This document shows positions 12,514 to 25,236 of a DNA stretch of 64,000 nucleotides, piece after piece. The stretch is from Octopus sinensis. Taxonomy: Eukaryota. A model generated the notes under the pieces. The model made no database searches and was not told the origin of the DNA. It saw nothing but the letters and a program-made list of their open reading frames with translations. Positions within the stretch are counted from its first letter, which is position 1. Every line of letters starts with the position of its first letter. Location of the stretch: NCBI RefSeq assembly GCF_006345805.1, contig NC_043001.1, positions 70,556,001 to 70,620,000 on the forward strand. Reading direction: 5' to 3'. Both the position numbers and the translations under genes were made by a program.

Positions 12514-12790
12514 GGAGGCGGTATGGCCCAGTGTTAGGGCAGCGGATTCGCGGTTCGATTCCCAGACCGGGAAAAAACACACCTAAAGCTCCAAGAGGCT
12601 CCGGCAGCGAGTGGTGGCAATTCCAGCTGTACTCTTTCGCCACAACTTTCTCTCACTCTTTCTTCTGTTGGCCTGCTCGCTTAGCCAGCGGGGTGGCGTC
12701 ATTTGAAGGGTAAAAGAATGCGAAGCGCATTGTGACCAGCGATGTGTTGCAACATCAGACAGCCGGTCGGTCACGGTGATCACGGTGATA
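12514..12790 (+). mobile_element. tRNA-derived SINE family B
   Basis: A-box-like TGGCCCAGTG, B-box GGTTCGATTCC; tail shared with 7497-7618. Confidence 0.85.
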
Positions 12791-12809
12791 AATATATATA
12801 TATATATAT

Positions 12810-12861
<52 letters not shown>

Positions 12862-12879
12862 ACATATATATAATATATA

Positions 12880-12921
<42 letters not shown>

Positions 12922-12935
12922 ATATATATATATTT

Positions 12936-13005
12936 GAAAACAATTGCAGCGTGGAAGGTGTTTATAAGCCATTTAAGAAACACCTTCCACGCTGCAATTG
13001 TTTTC
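12936..13005. repeat. Perfect 28-bp inverted repeat with 14-nt spacer
   Basis: gaaaacaattgcagcgtggaaggtgttt (12936-12963) / aaacaccttccacgctgcaattgttttc (12978-13005). Confidence 0.95.
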
Positions 13006-13110
13006 GTTCCAGCACACGATCTCATATTAGGTCACTTACTATGCAAGGACATCTTCGTAATATATATGTATATATGTATGTATGTATATATATATATATA
13101 TATGTGTGTA

Positions 13111-13880
13111 CGAAAGAAGGTTTGAAAATGCAATTTAAAAGATGTTTATTTACTTTACCGGTTTCACTCTTTGGAAAAAGATTGTTAAAAGTAACATGTA
13201 GAAGTTTGGTTGCGTTAATTATTGGTTGTTACAAATTGCTGCATTACATATATACAGTCTTTGGAAACAGGGACATGTTAAGGACATAAAAAAGTTCAGC
13301 AAGTTTCTTAAAATATTGGGCACAAAAGATTACTACATAAATAATCGTTCTCAAGGTCAGTTTTAGCTTCACTACTATTATAATGTAAATCTTTTTGAAC
13401 TCATAATATTCTGTACGTGTATACTGAACTTTTTTAATAATTCCTTCTGGAAATTATCTTGAGAATGTATAATATATTTGTTGTAATCTTTTGTGCCCAT
13501 TATTTCAATGAGCTTGTTAAACTTTTTTATATTCTCAACATGCTCTTGTCACCAAAGAATGTATATTTATATGGATTGTAGTACTCTGTGTCAACCAATA
13601 TTCGGTGCATGTTTGAATATACAGATACAATACCAATACCAATATCAATTCCTTCTGGAAACTATCTTAAGCATGTCCTTGAGAACGATTATTTATGTAG
13701 TAATCTTGTTGAACTTCTTTATGTTACCAAAGACTGTATATATGTAACGTAGCAATTTGTAACAACCAATAATTAACGCAACCAAACTTCTACGTGTTAC
13801 TTTTGACAATCTTTTTCCAAAGAGTGAAACCGGTAAAGTAAATAAACATCTTTTAAATTGCATTTTGAAACCTTCTTTCG
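13111..13880. mobile_element. Tc1/mariner-type MITE, 770 bp, with ~160-bp terminal inverted repeats and TA flanks
   Basis: TA|CGAAAGAAGGTTT...AAACCTTCTTTCG|TA; arms 13111-13270 and 13722-13880. Confidence 0.85.
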
Positions 13881-13966
13881 TATATAATTCCACTCGTGCG
13901 GTACCCCACAACTCCACTTTGTTATATATATATATATACGTATATATATATATATATATATATATA

Positions 13967-14913
13967 CATAATTAATCAATATAGGGTGGCAAAAAAATTT
14001 TGTAGAATTCTTTTTGCCACCAGCGGCCTAGTGGGAAAAAATTAAATAGTCATAGACCATTTTTAAGTTCAACATCCAATCAAGGAACGGCCATGATAGG
14101 CCATTCACCCACTAGAAATAACAGCCAAAGCTTCAACCGCAAATAAAGATTAATTCCGTAAACAGGAGAAATTTTAAAAACATTTACCCTGTAATTTCTT
14201 GTACGTTTCCACCGTTTCATCTGCTGTTTAATGGTAAACTAACCTGATTAAATTAAATCAAGCCAATCTTCCATAGGCCCTCAGATTCTTCAGCAAGAAA
14301 TAGCCAAGTCGGAACAGATATTTTCACGAGGCATTTCGACCCTGCCAAGGTAATATCTGACCTAAAATTTTCAAATCGTCGCACTCGCGCCAAATTTATC
14401 GGCAGCAAATAAATATAAGCCGTCGATTCCATTACGGAATTAACCAGAAAATCATAATTAATCAATATAGGGTGGCAAAAAAATTTTGTAGAATTCTTTT
14501 TGCCACCAGCGGCCTAGTGGGAAAAAATTAAATAGTCATAGACCATTTTTAAGTGGAATCGACGGCTTATATTTATTTGCTGCCGATAAATTTTGGCGCG
14601 AGTGCGACGATTTGAAAATTTTAGGTCAGATATTACTTGGCAGGGTCTCTGAAATGCCTCGTGAAAATATCTGTTCCGACTTGGCTATTTCTTGCTGAAG
14701 AATCTGAGGGCCTATGGAAGATTGGCTTGATTTAATTTATCAGGTTAGTTTACCATTAAACAGCAGATGAAACGGTGCATCGTACAAGAAATTACAGGGT
14801 AAAGTTTTTTAAATTTTCTCCTGTTTACGGAATTAATCTTTATTTGCGGTTGAAGCTTTGGCTGTTATTTCTAGTGGGTGAATGGCCTATCATGGCCGTT
14901 CCTTGGTTGTTGA
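13967..14913. repeat. A-B-A-inverted B rearrangement
   Basis: A (102 bp) is identical at 13967-14068 and 14453-14554; B at 14069-14431 is inverted at 14554-14913. Confidence 0.9.
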
Positions 14914-14922
14914 TATATATAT

Positions 14923-14978
<56 letters not shown>

Positions 14979-15018
14979 ATATATATATATATATGTATAT
15001 ACATATATATACGTATAT

Positions 15019-15050
<32 letters not shown>

Positions 15051-16350
15051 GAACATACATACTACATACATACATACATACATACATACATACATACATA
15101 CATACATACACATACATAGATATTGCTTTATTTTTCTTTCTATCTGTCCATCAATCGATCTTCCTTTCTGTCTGTCTGTCTTCCTATCTGTCTATCTGTC
15201 TATCTTTTTATCTATCTATTCATCTCTCTTTTCATCTATTTTTGTCTATCTGTTTATATATCAATCTTTCTATTTATTTATTCATATTTCTGCCTTTTTT
15301 GCACTCTAGCAATATATACCAGCTGCGTCCAATTTCTGTTTTTATGCTTATTGTAGAAAAGATTATCATTATTGTTATGACTATTGCAGAAATGATTATT
15401 ATTGTTTTATATCACGCCTTTTCACATTTCGATTATAGATTATTCTAAATTTTATTCTACTATTAAATTGTAACATAATTTTCAGATATGATAATTGAAC
15501 ATATAAAGTTTTATAGTGTTTTTGATCAAAAATATTAGCAAATTAATTTAGTGGTGAGCAGCCAATTTTGAATGACTTTTGGTTAAAGACATTCTGGTAT
15601 GTATGTCCTCGAATGGAATTGGGTTCTCACTTTATATAGGAGAATTTTGCCTGTCGGCATTCTTAAATCTTTGGGAATGAATGATTATATCATACCATAT
15701 TTTGCATTTCATTCTATTGAATTGGCAACGCGTTGGTATTCAAGCTTTTCTTACAAAAGCTTAAATTCTAGTTCACTAACATATTTTCTTTACTCTATTA
15801 AACGATACTTACATATGTGAGTTTACTAAGGTTAAGACTATTTAGAACAAATTCATATGCACATTCTTATAAACGCTATGTTCGATGGTATGAATACTTT
15901 TATGCGGTTTACATTCCGACATTTGTTTGTATGAAAGGTTTTGATTTGGTGGTTTAAGAGTTAAAAGAAAACTGAATATGCAAATATTTATAATTACATA
16001 TAATCTAAAAATTGTTTTTAAAGAATTTTGTATAATCTAAAAATATTTGTATGTTGGGAATGGATATTGCAAATACATATTGAACTATGTATAGGGGCAT
16101 GGTCTAGGGTGTCTGCAGCTCTCGTGCTGAAACTTGCAGAAGGGATATGCGTGTGTGTTTGTGTATGCGCGGCGTGTAAGTATGTACTCACACATTCAAA
16201 GATGCTAATATATACTTGCATCTATATTCATGCATACACACACACAGACACACATATACATGCATGTATGCACATATCTATAAAAAACCCGATTGGCAGA
16301 TTCGTTAAAGTGTCAGATTAGATCGGTTTACGATAATCGTTCCGGGCCTC

Positions 16351-16905
16351 TACGCCTTCAGTTTGCTTGTCGTATTAGTTGGTAGCAACTCAAAGTGGAT
16401 CACTCTTTTGCAATTCCACCAAGAGAGAGAAAAATCTTCATCGCATGGAGTTCTTTTCCGCTTGCGGCTGGACCTTTTTTCCCTAACCAAGCCAATGTTT
16501 ATGACGCTTAATATTTTGATAAAGAACCCTTTTTCATCACCGATCATCAGTCTGTCTCAAAAGGGTGAGATGTGTTCACACGAAGGTAGAGAAGATGTCC
16601 TCTCGGGATTTGCAGTTAGCTTCTGACAAATCACGAGGCACCAATTTTCCAGTATTTGACACATTTCCAAGCTGTTGAAGAAGGCAGTGAACAGTTGTAT
16701 GGATTGAACAAAGCTTGCTTGCCAATTCTTAAACTGAAATTGCATAATCTTTTTTAAGATCTACCAAATGGATCTTGTTGTCAAACTCAATTGGACGTCC
16801 TGTTCAGGCCTTATCTTCAAAGCTGAATCTCCAATACTGCATTTTCTTCATAACCCGAGGGAATATTTCGAGTCGCTCAGCTGCAGAGTTCATAAAGTAT
16901 TATGT
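16351..16905 (-). mobile_element. Partial mariner copy, highly similar to 18744-19286
   Basis: GDEK and WNCKRVIHFELLPTN transposase fragments, frameshifted. Confidence 0.9.
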
Positions 16906-17213
16906 ATACTGCCGTTAAATTTGCATTTCATTCTCTCGAAGTTGTTTAGTAATAAATTTAGCATTATTGGGAACATATCTTGTTTTTCTTCCAGTTTTTC
17001 CCGTGTTTCTATTACGCTCTCCTGGGGAGTAAGCACTGGATAGGGAGGAGGGCCTCGCTTGATCCAAAAACAAAACGGCGAATTGTTATGTGAGTGCTAA
17101 ATATCTAGATTGTGCAGTTGTTCTCTGTAGATAGGGAAGAGGGGAAGGTGATGGAAAGAGGAAAAGAAATAGTAATGCTAGAGGAGAGGGGGAAGGGTAG
17201 GGTAAGACATGAC

Positions 17214-17632
17214 TTACTCTTTTACTCTTTTACTCATTTACTTGTTTCAGTCATTTGACTGCGGCCATGCTGGAGCACGGCCTTTAGTCGAGCAGATCGA
17301 CCCCGGGACTTATTCTTTGTAAGCCCAGTACTTATTTTATCGGTCTCTTTTGCCGAACCGCTAAGTGACGGGGACGTAAACACACCAGCATCGGTTGTCA
17401 AGCAATGCTAGGGGTACAAACACACACACACACACACACACACACCACATATATATATATATATATATACGACAGGCTCCCTTCAGTTTCCGTCGACCAA
17501 ATCCGCTCACAAGGCATTGGTCGGTCCGGGGCTATAACAGAAGGCACTTGCCCAAGATGCCACTCATTTGGACTGAACCCGGAACCATGTGGTTGGTCAG
17601 CAAGCTACTTACCACACAGCCACTCCTGCGCC
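17214..17632 (-). mobile_element. tRNA-derived SINE family A, full length
   Basis: - strand head GGCGCAGGAGTGGCTGTGTGG (A box) ... GGTTCAGTCC (B box); internal (CA)/(TA) tract; (AGTAAAAG)-like tail. Confidence 0.92.
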
Positions 17633-17680
17633 TATATATATATATACATATATATATACATATGTGTGTGTATATATATA

Positions 17681-17866
17681 CGCGAAAACTAAGAACTTTT
17701 TTATCCCCTTGCCTTACTTAGCGGTCATTCGAATAGCTTTTTTGTCACATATTACATTTACAGATATATATATATATATATATATTCTAGCAAAAACTGT
17801 CTGATGAACGGCAACGAGAAACTCAGAGTAACAGATTTTGTTGAATTTTCTGCTGCTTAAAATAAA

Positions 17867-17908
<42 letters not shown>

Positions 17909-17990
17909 GTAAATGTAATATGTGACAAAAAAACCTATTCGAATGACCGCTAAGTAAGGCAAGGGGGTAAAAAAGTTCTTAGTATTCGCG
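17681..17990. repeat. ~85-bp inverted repeat (17681-17765 / 17905-17990) enclosing (TA)n - HHR cassette - (TA)n
   Basis: Arms are reverse complements; they share tgtcacatatta..tttacagat with the 6040-6243 palindrome. Confidence 0.9.
17797..17834 (+). ncRNA. Type I hammerhead ribozyme motif, canonical core
   Basis: CTGT-CTGATGA-A CG GCAA CG A-GAAA-CTC A GAG-TA-ACAG; GUA triplet; predicted cleavage after 17830. Confidence 0.75.
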
Positions 17991-18025
17991 TATATATATA
18001 CACACACACACCACAAGCACACACT

Positions 18026-18123
<98 letters not shown>

Positions 18124-18296
18124 ATCAAAATAAGCAACAAGCATATCCGAGGTAATGTGGTACAATTGTTTCATGCTACTTCATTTTATAAACACTGTAC
18201 GTATTACATCAGTTTTAAAATGTCGAGCAATCTTCAGCCACTTATATGTATATATATATATTATATATATATATATATATAAAGAGATTTGTTGTA

Positions 18297-19497
18297 TCAG
18301 GTAACCCCAGAAGTAATGACTGGATTTTAGATAAGGAAAAACACGTAATCAAATGATACACTTTAATGGAAGTTAAAAGTCAATATAGGTTCCATCTGAC
18401 ATCTTTCCATCTACCCGTAAGCTATTTAATTCTTTCGGGTTTTATGTGAACAACTCTGAAAGTCCAGTTTCGATTTCCTCAGTTGTTTTGAGTGTTAATC
18501 CACCCAAATGATCCTGTAAACTCTAGAACAAATGGTAAATCTGAAGGCGCAAGGTCTGGAGAATAAAGCGTATGAACAATATTCTCCTAGCTAAGTTCTT
18601 TGATCTTCTGTGACGTGATATTTGCAGTGTGGGGTATTGCAGTGTCCTGATGAAACACCACTCCCTTTCCATTTAGTAAAGCAGGTCTTTTTTTCTTTAA
18701 AGTAGCATTCAAACGTTCTAAATGCTGACAGTATATTTGAGGATTGCTTGTTGCATTAGTTGGTAGCAACTCAAAGTGGATCACTCTTTTGCAATTCCAC
18801 AAAGAGAGAGAAAAATCTTCATCGCATGGAGTTCTTTTCCGGTTGTGGCTGGACCTTTTTTCCCTAACCAAGCCAATGTTTATGACGCTTAATATTTTGA
18901 TAAAGAACCCTTTTTCATCACCGATCATCAGTCTGTCTCAAAAGGGTGAGATGTGTTCACACGAAGGTAGAGCAGATGTCCTCACAGGATTTGCAGTTAG
19001 CTTCTGACAATCACGAGGCACCAATTTTCCAGCATTTGACACATTTCCAAGCTGTTGAAGAAGGCAGTGAACAGTTGTATGGATTGAACAAAGCTTGCTT
19101 GCCAATTCTTCAACTGAAATTGCATAATCTTTTTTAAGATCCACCAAAAGGATCTTGTTGTCAAACTCGATTGGACGTCCTGTTCAGGCCTTATCTTCAA
19201 AGCTGAAATCTCCAATACTGCACATTCTTCATAACCCGAGGGAATATTCCGAGTCGCTCAGCTGCAGAGTTCATAAAGTATTATGTGCTTCAATTACTCT
19301 TTAGACATTTCTATGTTTGAAGAGCTATAATTAGTGAAATTTCAATTAGATTATACTGCAAAATGAAATTTAATTATCTTAGATATGTCCAAATGCATAT
19401 AAATATTATTTGATGCCATTCGACATTCTAAAATGCTGTTAAAACGTTTACAAATTAAAAATATAGAAGTCTGAACATTAATTATGGGATAACCTGA
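18297..19497 (-). mobile_element. Near full-length decayed mariner (DD34D family), ~1.2 kb
   Basis: Terminal inverted repeats TCAGGTAACCCCAGAAGTAATG / CATTAATTATGGGATAACCTGA; fragments HIILYEL and VIHFELLP..YCQHLERL..KRPALLNGKGVVFHQD; frameshifted. Confidence 0.92.
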
Positions 19498-19565
19498 TCA
19501 ATAGATAGATAGATAAATAACCATATGTTTATATACAAACACACACACACACACACACACACACC

Positions 19566-19613
<48 letters not shown>

Positions 19614-19734
19614 CATACATACATATTTATATATATATCAAAAATAAGCAGCAAGAATCCGGTAATTTAGTACAATTGTTTCATACTACAACATTTTATT
19701 AAAAGCTGTAAATATACAGATAATGATGTAGATA

Positions 19735-20240
19735 TGAATCTTAGGAACATGAGGTAGTCTAGTTTGGATGCAAACTGACAAAAACTTTGTTCACAACTGA
19801 CTGTTGTGAGAAAAATTCCTTAGTTATAAGGATAGGGGTAAGGGCAGGTCAAGAATTCAAGTTAGTTGAAGAAAAGAAGAGGAAAATTCAGGAGATGTAA
19901 AAGAAGAACAGATTGTCACGAGAACAAAGGGTCAATTTATTTATGTGGTGACAAAAGATTTAGGTCAGTGTAGAAAGATCATTAAATTCTTCGGAACATA
20001 TGAGGTAGAAGGTCAGCTACTAAACTGACCAAACCTTACTTTCAACTGAAAACCATCAGAATTTTTAGTAGGAATTTAGGTATGGGGATGTAAAGAATAC
20101 TGTAAAATGGGTTTAAGTTAGATGCAGAAAAAATACATGAAGGGAATTCAGGTTGTCACTAGAACAGAAAGCTATTTATTTTTATGTGGTGAGAAAAAAT
20201 CTAGGTCAATGTCCAGAGGTCAATTAAATTCTTTTGCAAA
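19735..20240. repeat. Old degenerate tandem duplication, period ~240 bp
   Basis: ttgtcac..agaaca..ttatgtggtga..taggtca..ttaaattctt starts at both 19913 and 20153. Confidence 0.7.
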
Positions 20241-20642
20241 GGGTAGGGGAACAAAACCTCATCTAATTTATAGTAGGTATCGTATTTTATATCTGGGGGA
20301 ATGGTATTAAATGTTAAAATTAGAATATATTTGGGGAAAGATGCAATTTCATGATTATAGTGAGGTTAATCTAGTTGACTATAGAAGTAAATTAAAGGTT
20401 CGTATAGTAGTTAGAAAATGTAGGAAAACCTTAACTTTCTATTTAAAGTATTTAAAAGTTCTAATTGAGGAATGAATACAAGAGATCCTAACTCGAGGCG
20501 ATTATTTAGTAGATTTTTGTTACTTCGATACTTTAAAATTTCATAGGTTTCCATATAATCACCCCGCATATTTTTATGGGTAACACCATAAAAAACTCTG
20601 GTGCATCTAAATTAAGTGCCATATTCATTTGAATCTAAATTG

Positions 20643-20715
<73 letters not shown>

Positions 20716-20717
<2 letters not shown>

Positions 20718-21116
20718 TCTTTACTCTCTCTTTTACTCTTTTACTTGTTTCAGTCACTTGACTGCGGCCATGCTGGAGCACCGCCTTTAGTCGAGCAAAT
20801 CGACCCCAGGACTTATTCTTTGTAAGCCCAGTACTTATTCTATCGGTCTCTTTTGCCGAAACGCTAAGTTACTGGGACATGAACACACCAGCATCGGTTG
20901 TCAAGCGATGTTGGGAGGACAAACACATACACACAAACACACACATATATACATACATATACACGACAGGCTTCTTTCAGTTTCCGTCTGCCAAATCCAC
21001 TCACAAGGCTTTGGTCGGCCCGAGACTATAGTAGAAGACACTTGCCCAAAGTGCCACGCAGTGGGACTGAACCCGGAACCATGTGGTTGGTAAGCAAGCT
21101 ACTTACCACACAGCCA
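20716..21116 (-). mobile_element. tRNA-derived SINE family A, full length
   Basis: Highly similar to 17214-17632. Confidence 0.92.
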
Positions 21117-21130
21117 TATATATTTATTTA

Positions 21131-21178
<48 letters not shown>

Positions 21179-21794
21179 ATGATTATTATATTTACTGTTG
21201 CGCCTGTTTTTGCTGCTGCTGTTGTGGTTGTTCTTGTTCTGAGACGTGGAGACCTGCATCAATTCCAAAACAACAGTTTTTATAAATAATATCTGCAATT
21301 TCCAACAGTAAGGTGTTGCCCACAAAGAGGATGCTTCTCAACCATTGGTTGAAGGACCAATGAAAGGATATTGAGGAAGTTGAACCGCAGAAATTTCCAT
21401 GACAGCCATAACGGCAGGAAACAATTTATGCAAAACCACGTGAAACTCATAAGTGAATGTTACAAAGTAATTTAATTCTTTATTGAGGTTATGGGTGGAA
21501 TAATAAAAGCATTGCAAATAGATTCGTTTATATACAATAAACAATATTCCTACGTTCAAAGGATTTTTAAACTCGAAATCTATGCATACGAAAGACAAAT
21601 ATTTATATTCATAAGTACACATAAACACAAAAATGCAAATACAGATTTATATCTATACAATACGAATATATATATATGTGTGTGTGTGTGTGTGTTTGTA
21701 TGTGCATGTGTGTGTGTATGTGTATGTGGGTGTACATATATGTATATAAAATGAATATTTATATACATATATATATATATATATAATGTGTATT

Positions 21795-21858
21795 CTTTTA
21801 CTTTCTTTTACTTGTTTCAGCCATCCGGCTGAGGCCATGCTGGGGCACCGCCCTTAGG
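21795..21858 (-). mobile_element. SINE family A-related tail fragment
   Basis: cttgtttcagcc...ggccatgctggggcaccgcc. Confidence 0.6.
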
Positions 21859-21946
21859 CTGTATATATATATATATAAATATATATCTTTTGTGTGTATG
21901 CGTATGTTTGTGTGTATATGTGTGTGTGTGCGTGAGCGTGTGTGTG

Positions 21947-22032
<86 letters not shown>

Positions 22033-22144
22033 TGTGTGTATCTGCATACGGATGTGTTTGAAACTTGTTTAAATTCAAAGAATTCTTTGATAATCACCAA
22101 TTGCACGAAGAAATGCTTTCGCTTGAATGTGAACAATTTTATTT

Positions 22145-22172
22145 ATAATAATAACAATTATTATTATTGTTA

Positions 22173-22236
<64 letters not shown>

Positions 22237-22300
22237 CATTATCGTCATCGCCATCATCATCATCATCATCATTATTATTATTATTATTATTATTATCATT
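22145..22300. repeat. (TTA)n/(TCA)n compound microsatellite
   Basis: Direct reading. Confidence 0.95.
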
Positions 22301-22509
22301 ATTCACTGCGGATTACATAGGACGTGTTTTGGAACGCTCCAGGTTAGTGCAGCTTAAAACATTTACTCACATCGATTTGGTGCTTTTTTGAATTAGTTAT
22401 TTCATTCCAATTTGCCAATAAAAACAATAGGAACCTGTTTATTATTTACTATGGTTACATTCGGCCCATTAAATAAGTTCGGTGGGTGTTTAATTCAATT
22501 TAATCAAAC

Positions 22510-24600
22510 ACAACTCAACAAGATGGCGGAGTGCGTCATACAAGAGTTGAGATAAAAGAAATCTTCCTCTCTCACGAAACTGGTGACTGCTGAAAATTTC
22601 CTTCCTCTTCCCTCCCTAACTGGCAATAGTACAGGAGAATTGGGGGGGGATAAAAACGAAAGTTGAACAGTAAAAAGTCCATTTCCTAGTAATAGTAGTG
22701 GTAGCAGTAACAGCAACAGCAGTAGCAATGACAACACCAGCAGCGGCAACAGTGACACTAGCTGCAGTAGTAATAGTGGTAGCAAAAACAACAACGCAAG
22801 AGTTAGCATCAGCAGCGACAGCAGCCATAGCAACAACAGCAGCAACAATAGCATAAGTGACAACAGCAACAGCCACAAGACCAACACCAGCAACACCAAC
22901 AAGAACAACGACAACATTAACAACAATAATAACGGCAGCAGCAGCAGCAGCATCAACAACATCGAAAACATTACCAACAACAAAACATGTTGCTGCAGCA
23001 GCGAAAAAGAAGCAACGCTTACTGTGGACCTCACAAACAGAAATGAAATGTTGACCTACGCATGGAAACTGATTAAACAAGAATAAACCTGGGCCAACCT
23101 AACTCTCTTATCAGAGACAATTGAAGCAGTGCAGAAAATAACGGTGCTTTTCAGATACACCTCAGCAGAGGCGAGAAAAAATCGGCTTTAATAGCCCAAG
23201 TAGATATTGAAGCGGCGCTGATGTGCATCACGCATAACACCGAATAAAAACAATACTGGATAAACAATACGGGGTAAACAATACTGCACAGTCCTTGTAA
23301 AACCTTGTAAAACCATCAAAATCTTTTTGTACCCTTCCCACAAAGGAAAACGTACAATACGTACAATACTAGGATTCCACCAGAACGCGATATCCGTAAT
23401 TGTGGAGCGGGGTAGATACAGTCACGATAGATGTGGCAAGAACTGTCAGGGAGATCTGGTCCGAGGTTGACCTGGAGATACTTCTCTAGATCAAGCCCGA
23501 AAACAAAAAAAAAAGCCGGACCATATCTATCTCTACGCCGTGACGAGGATCACAATAAACACCAGCACTGGCAATACTCCCAGTAGCAATAAGCGAAACA
23601 CCAAAGGCATTAACCACCCTACCGGGAAACGAGGAAAGTTCTCTCACACATCTCATACTAAAAGATAAACACATAAACAAGAATATACGCTTGCACAGAG
23701 ACACAGGCACACTTGCTGTCACAAACCCCACATCTTCCAGTAGTGAATATGAAGGAAAACCAAAAGCCTCCCCCCACCAAAAAAAAAGAAAGCAGAAAAG
23801 AAAAACTCCACAAAGCCTAACAACACTCACAATAAAAAATACAAACAATATCCACACAAACATCTCCCCAATAACACCAACACCAACACCATCACAATCA
23901 CCAGAATCATCCAAACGCAAACAACCTAAACAAACACAAGAACAAACACTCACACAAACATCTAAAGCTGTAGATACCACAATCATAGCAAACACAGACA
24001 CAACTGAAACACCAAGACCATCACCACTGCAGTCAAGCAAAGAAATAAAACAACACCAACAAAAAACTACCAAATTCATACTCATGAGAAGTGGCAACGA
24101 GTAACTCATGGTCCTCCTAACGCAAAACATTGAATTTAAAACGGGGGAGGTGATTTTCGAATCGAGCACATTTTGCATACTAGATTTGCTTCTGGTGTGA
24201 ATGTCGCTCGATTCCTACAAAATAATTCGAAAGAACTTTCCTGGGTACAATGGAACCGGGAACGTGACACCCACATCAAGACTCTTAAAGGGATTAAAAA
24301 CAAAAACGCCAATTATGGAAGTTGAACCATCCGACCATCATAAGATAGGTGAGAGGTAAGTAAACACTTCCTTTCTCTTTTTAGCTTGCCAACGTGGCCA
24401 TATTAAGAGTAGAAATTCTAAATGTTGGAGGCTTGGGCTCGCCCTGGAACCAAAGGCGCCTGCTATCCCTTACCAAATGTCCCACCACCATCTGTACGAA
24501 ACCTTCTTCTTTTCCAATATAGCCCCCCATCGCGCTTATAGAGACATAGGTGCAGAAATATTTTCTGCAGGTTGTAATTAGCAAAACCGGAGACACTGAC
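22510..24600 (+). mobile_element. Decayed L1/Tx1-like LINE: ORF1 remnant plus start of APE endonuclease, truncated
   Basis: CAAGATGGCGG at 22519; Ser/Asn-rich low-complexity frame; LYPSHKGKRT..RIPPE..LEILL fragments; ILRVEILNVGGLGSPW at ~24400 resembles an L1/Tx1 APE N-terminus; many stops. Confidence 0.5.
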
Positions 24601-24839
24601 AAACACTTTTAATACACTTGAACATGTACCTCAGAACTTTTTCTTGTACTTACCAGACATTTTGTTCTGTGACTATCAGTCCTTCTCTTTCTCTCTCTCT
24701 CTCTCCCTCTCTCTCTCTTTCACTTTCTCTCTTTCTTCTTTCTTTCTCTCAATCTCACTTTCTCTCTCTCCCTGGCCCCCCCCCTCTCTCTCTCTCTCGC
24801 ATTATATATCTCTCTCTATCTCTTTCAATTTTTCTCTTT

Positions 24840-25230
24840 CTAAGTCTATCTTTACTGGAATTTACCCTGACATTTGGACGCGCCCCTCAATGTGTCCTAT
24901 TCCAAAGAAAGTTAGCTCCCTACGATCCAGCTAATTATAATCCCGTTGTTATCATTTCTAACATCTCTAATATAATGAAGTTTGCCTCTAAGAATGTCTT
25001 TCTTCACTTTCACTGGATATCTTCCCTCCTGCTATAACTTTGAGAATCAACTCTGGTGTTCTTCAATATTTAGTTTTGTCTCTCTCTGGTTTCTATACAA
25101 CAAGGTCCTACATGTGCCGCCACATGTAAAAAATGCTCACTCTGAAACAGATGAGTCGAGACCACTTCCTCATTACTACCTTACAATCTTCAACCGGACA
25201 TCACTCAGCGCAACCTGGACAGCATGAGAT
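24840..25230 (+). mobile_element. Decayed CR1/Jockey-like reverse transcriptase fragments
   Basis: TGIYPDIW..CPIPKK, DPANYNPVVIISNISNIMK and INSGV(P)Q-like fragments. Confidence 0.6.
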
Positions 25231-25236
25231 TTACAT

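Noticed and set aside
22504-24178. - strand ORFs of 176, 154 and 230 aa with hydrophobic runs
   Set aside because: Antisense of the A/C-rich decayed LINE ORF1 region; not membrane proteins.
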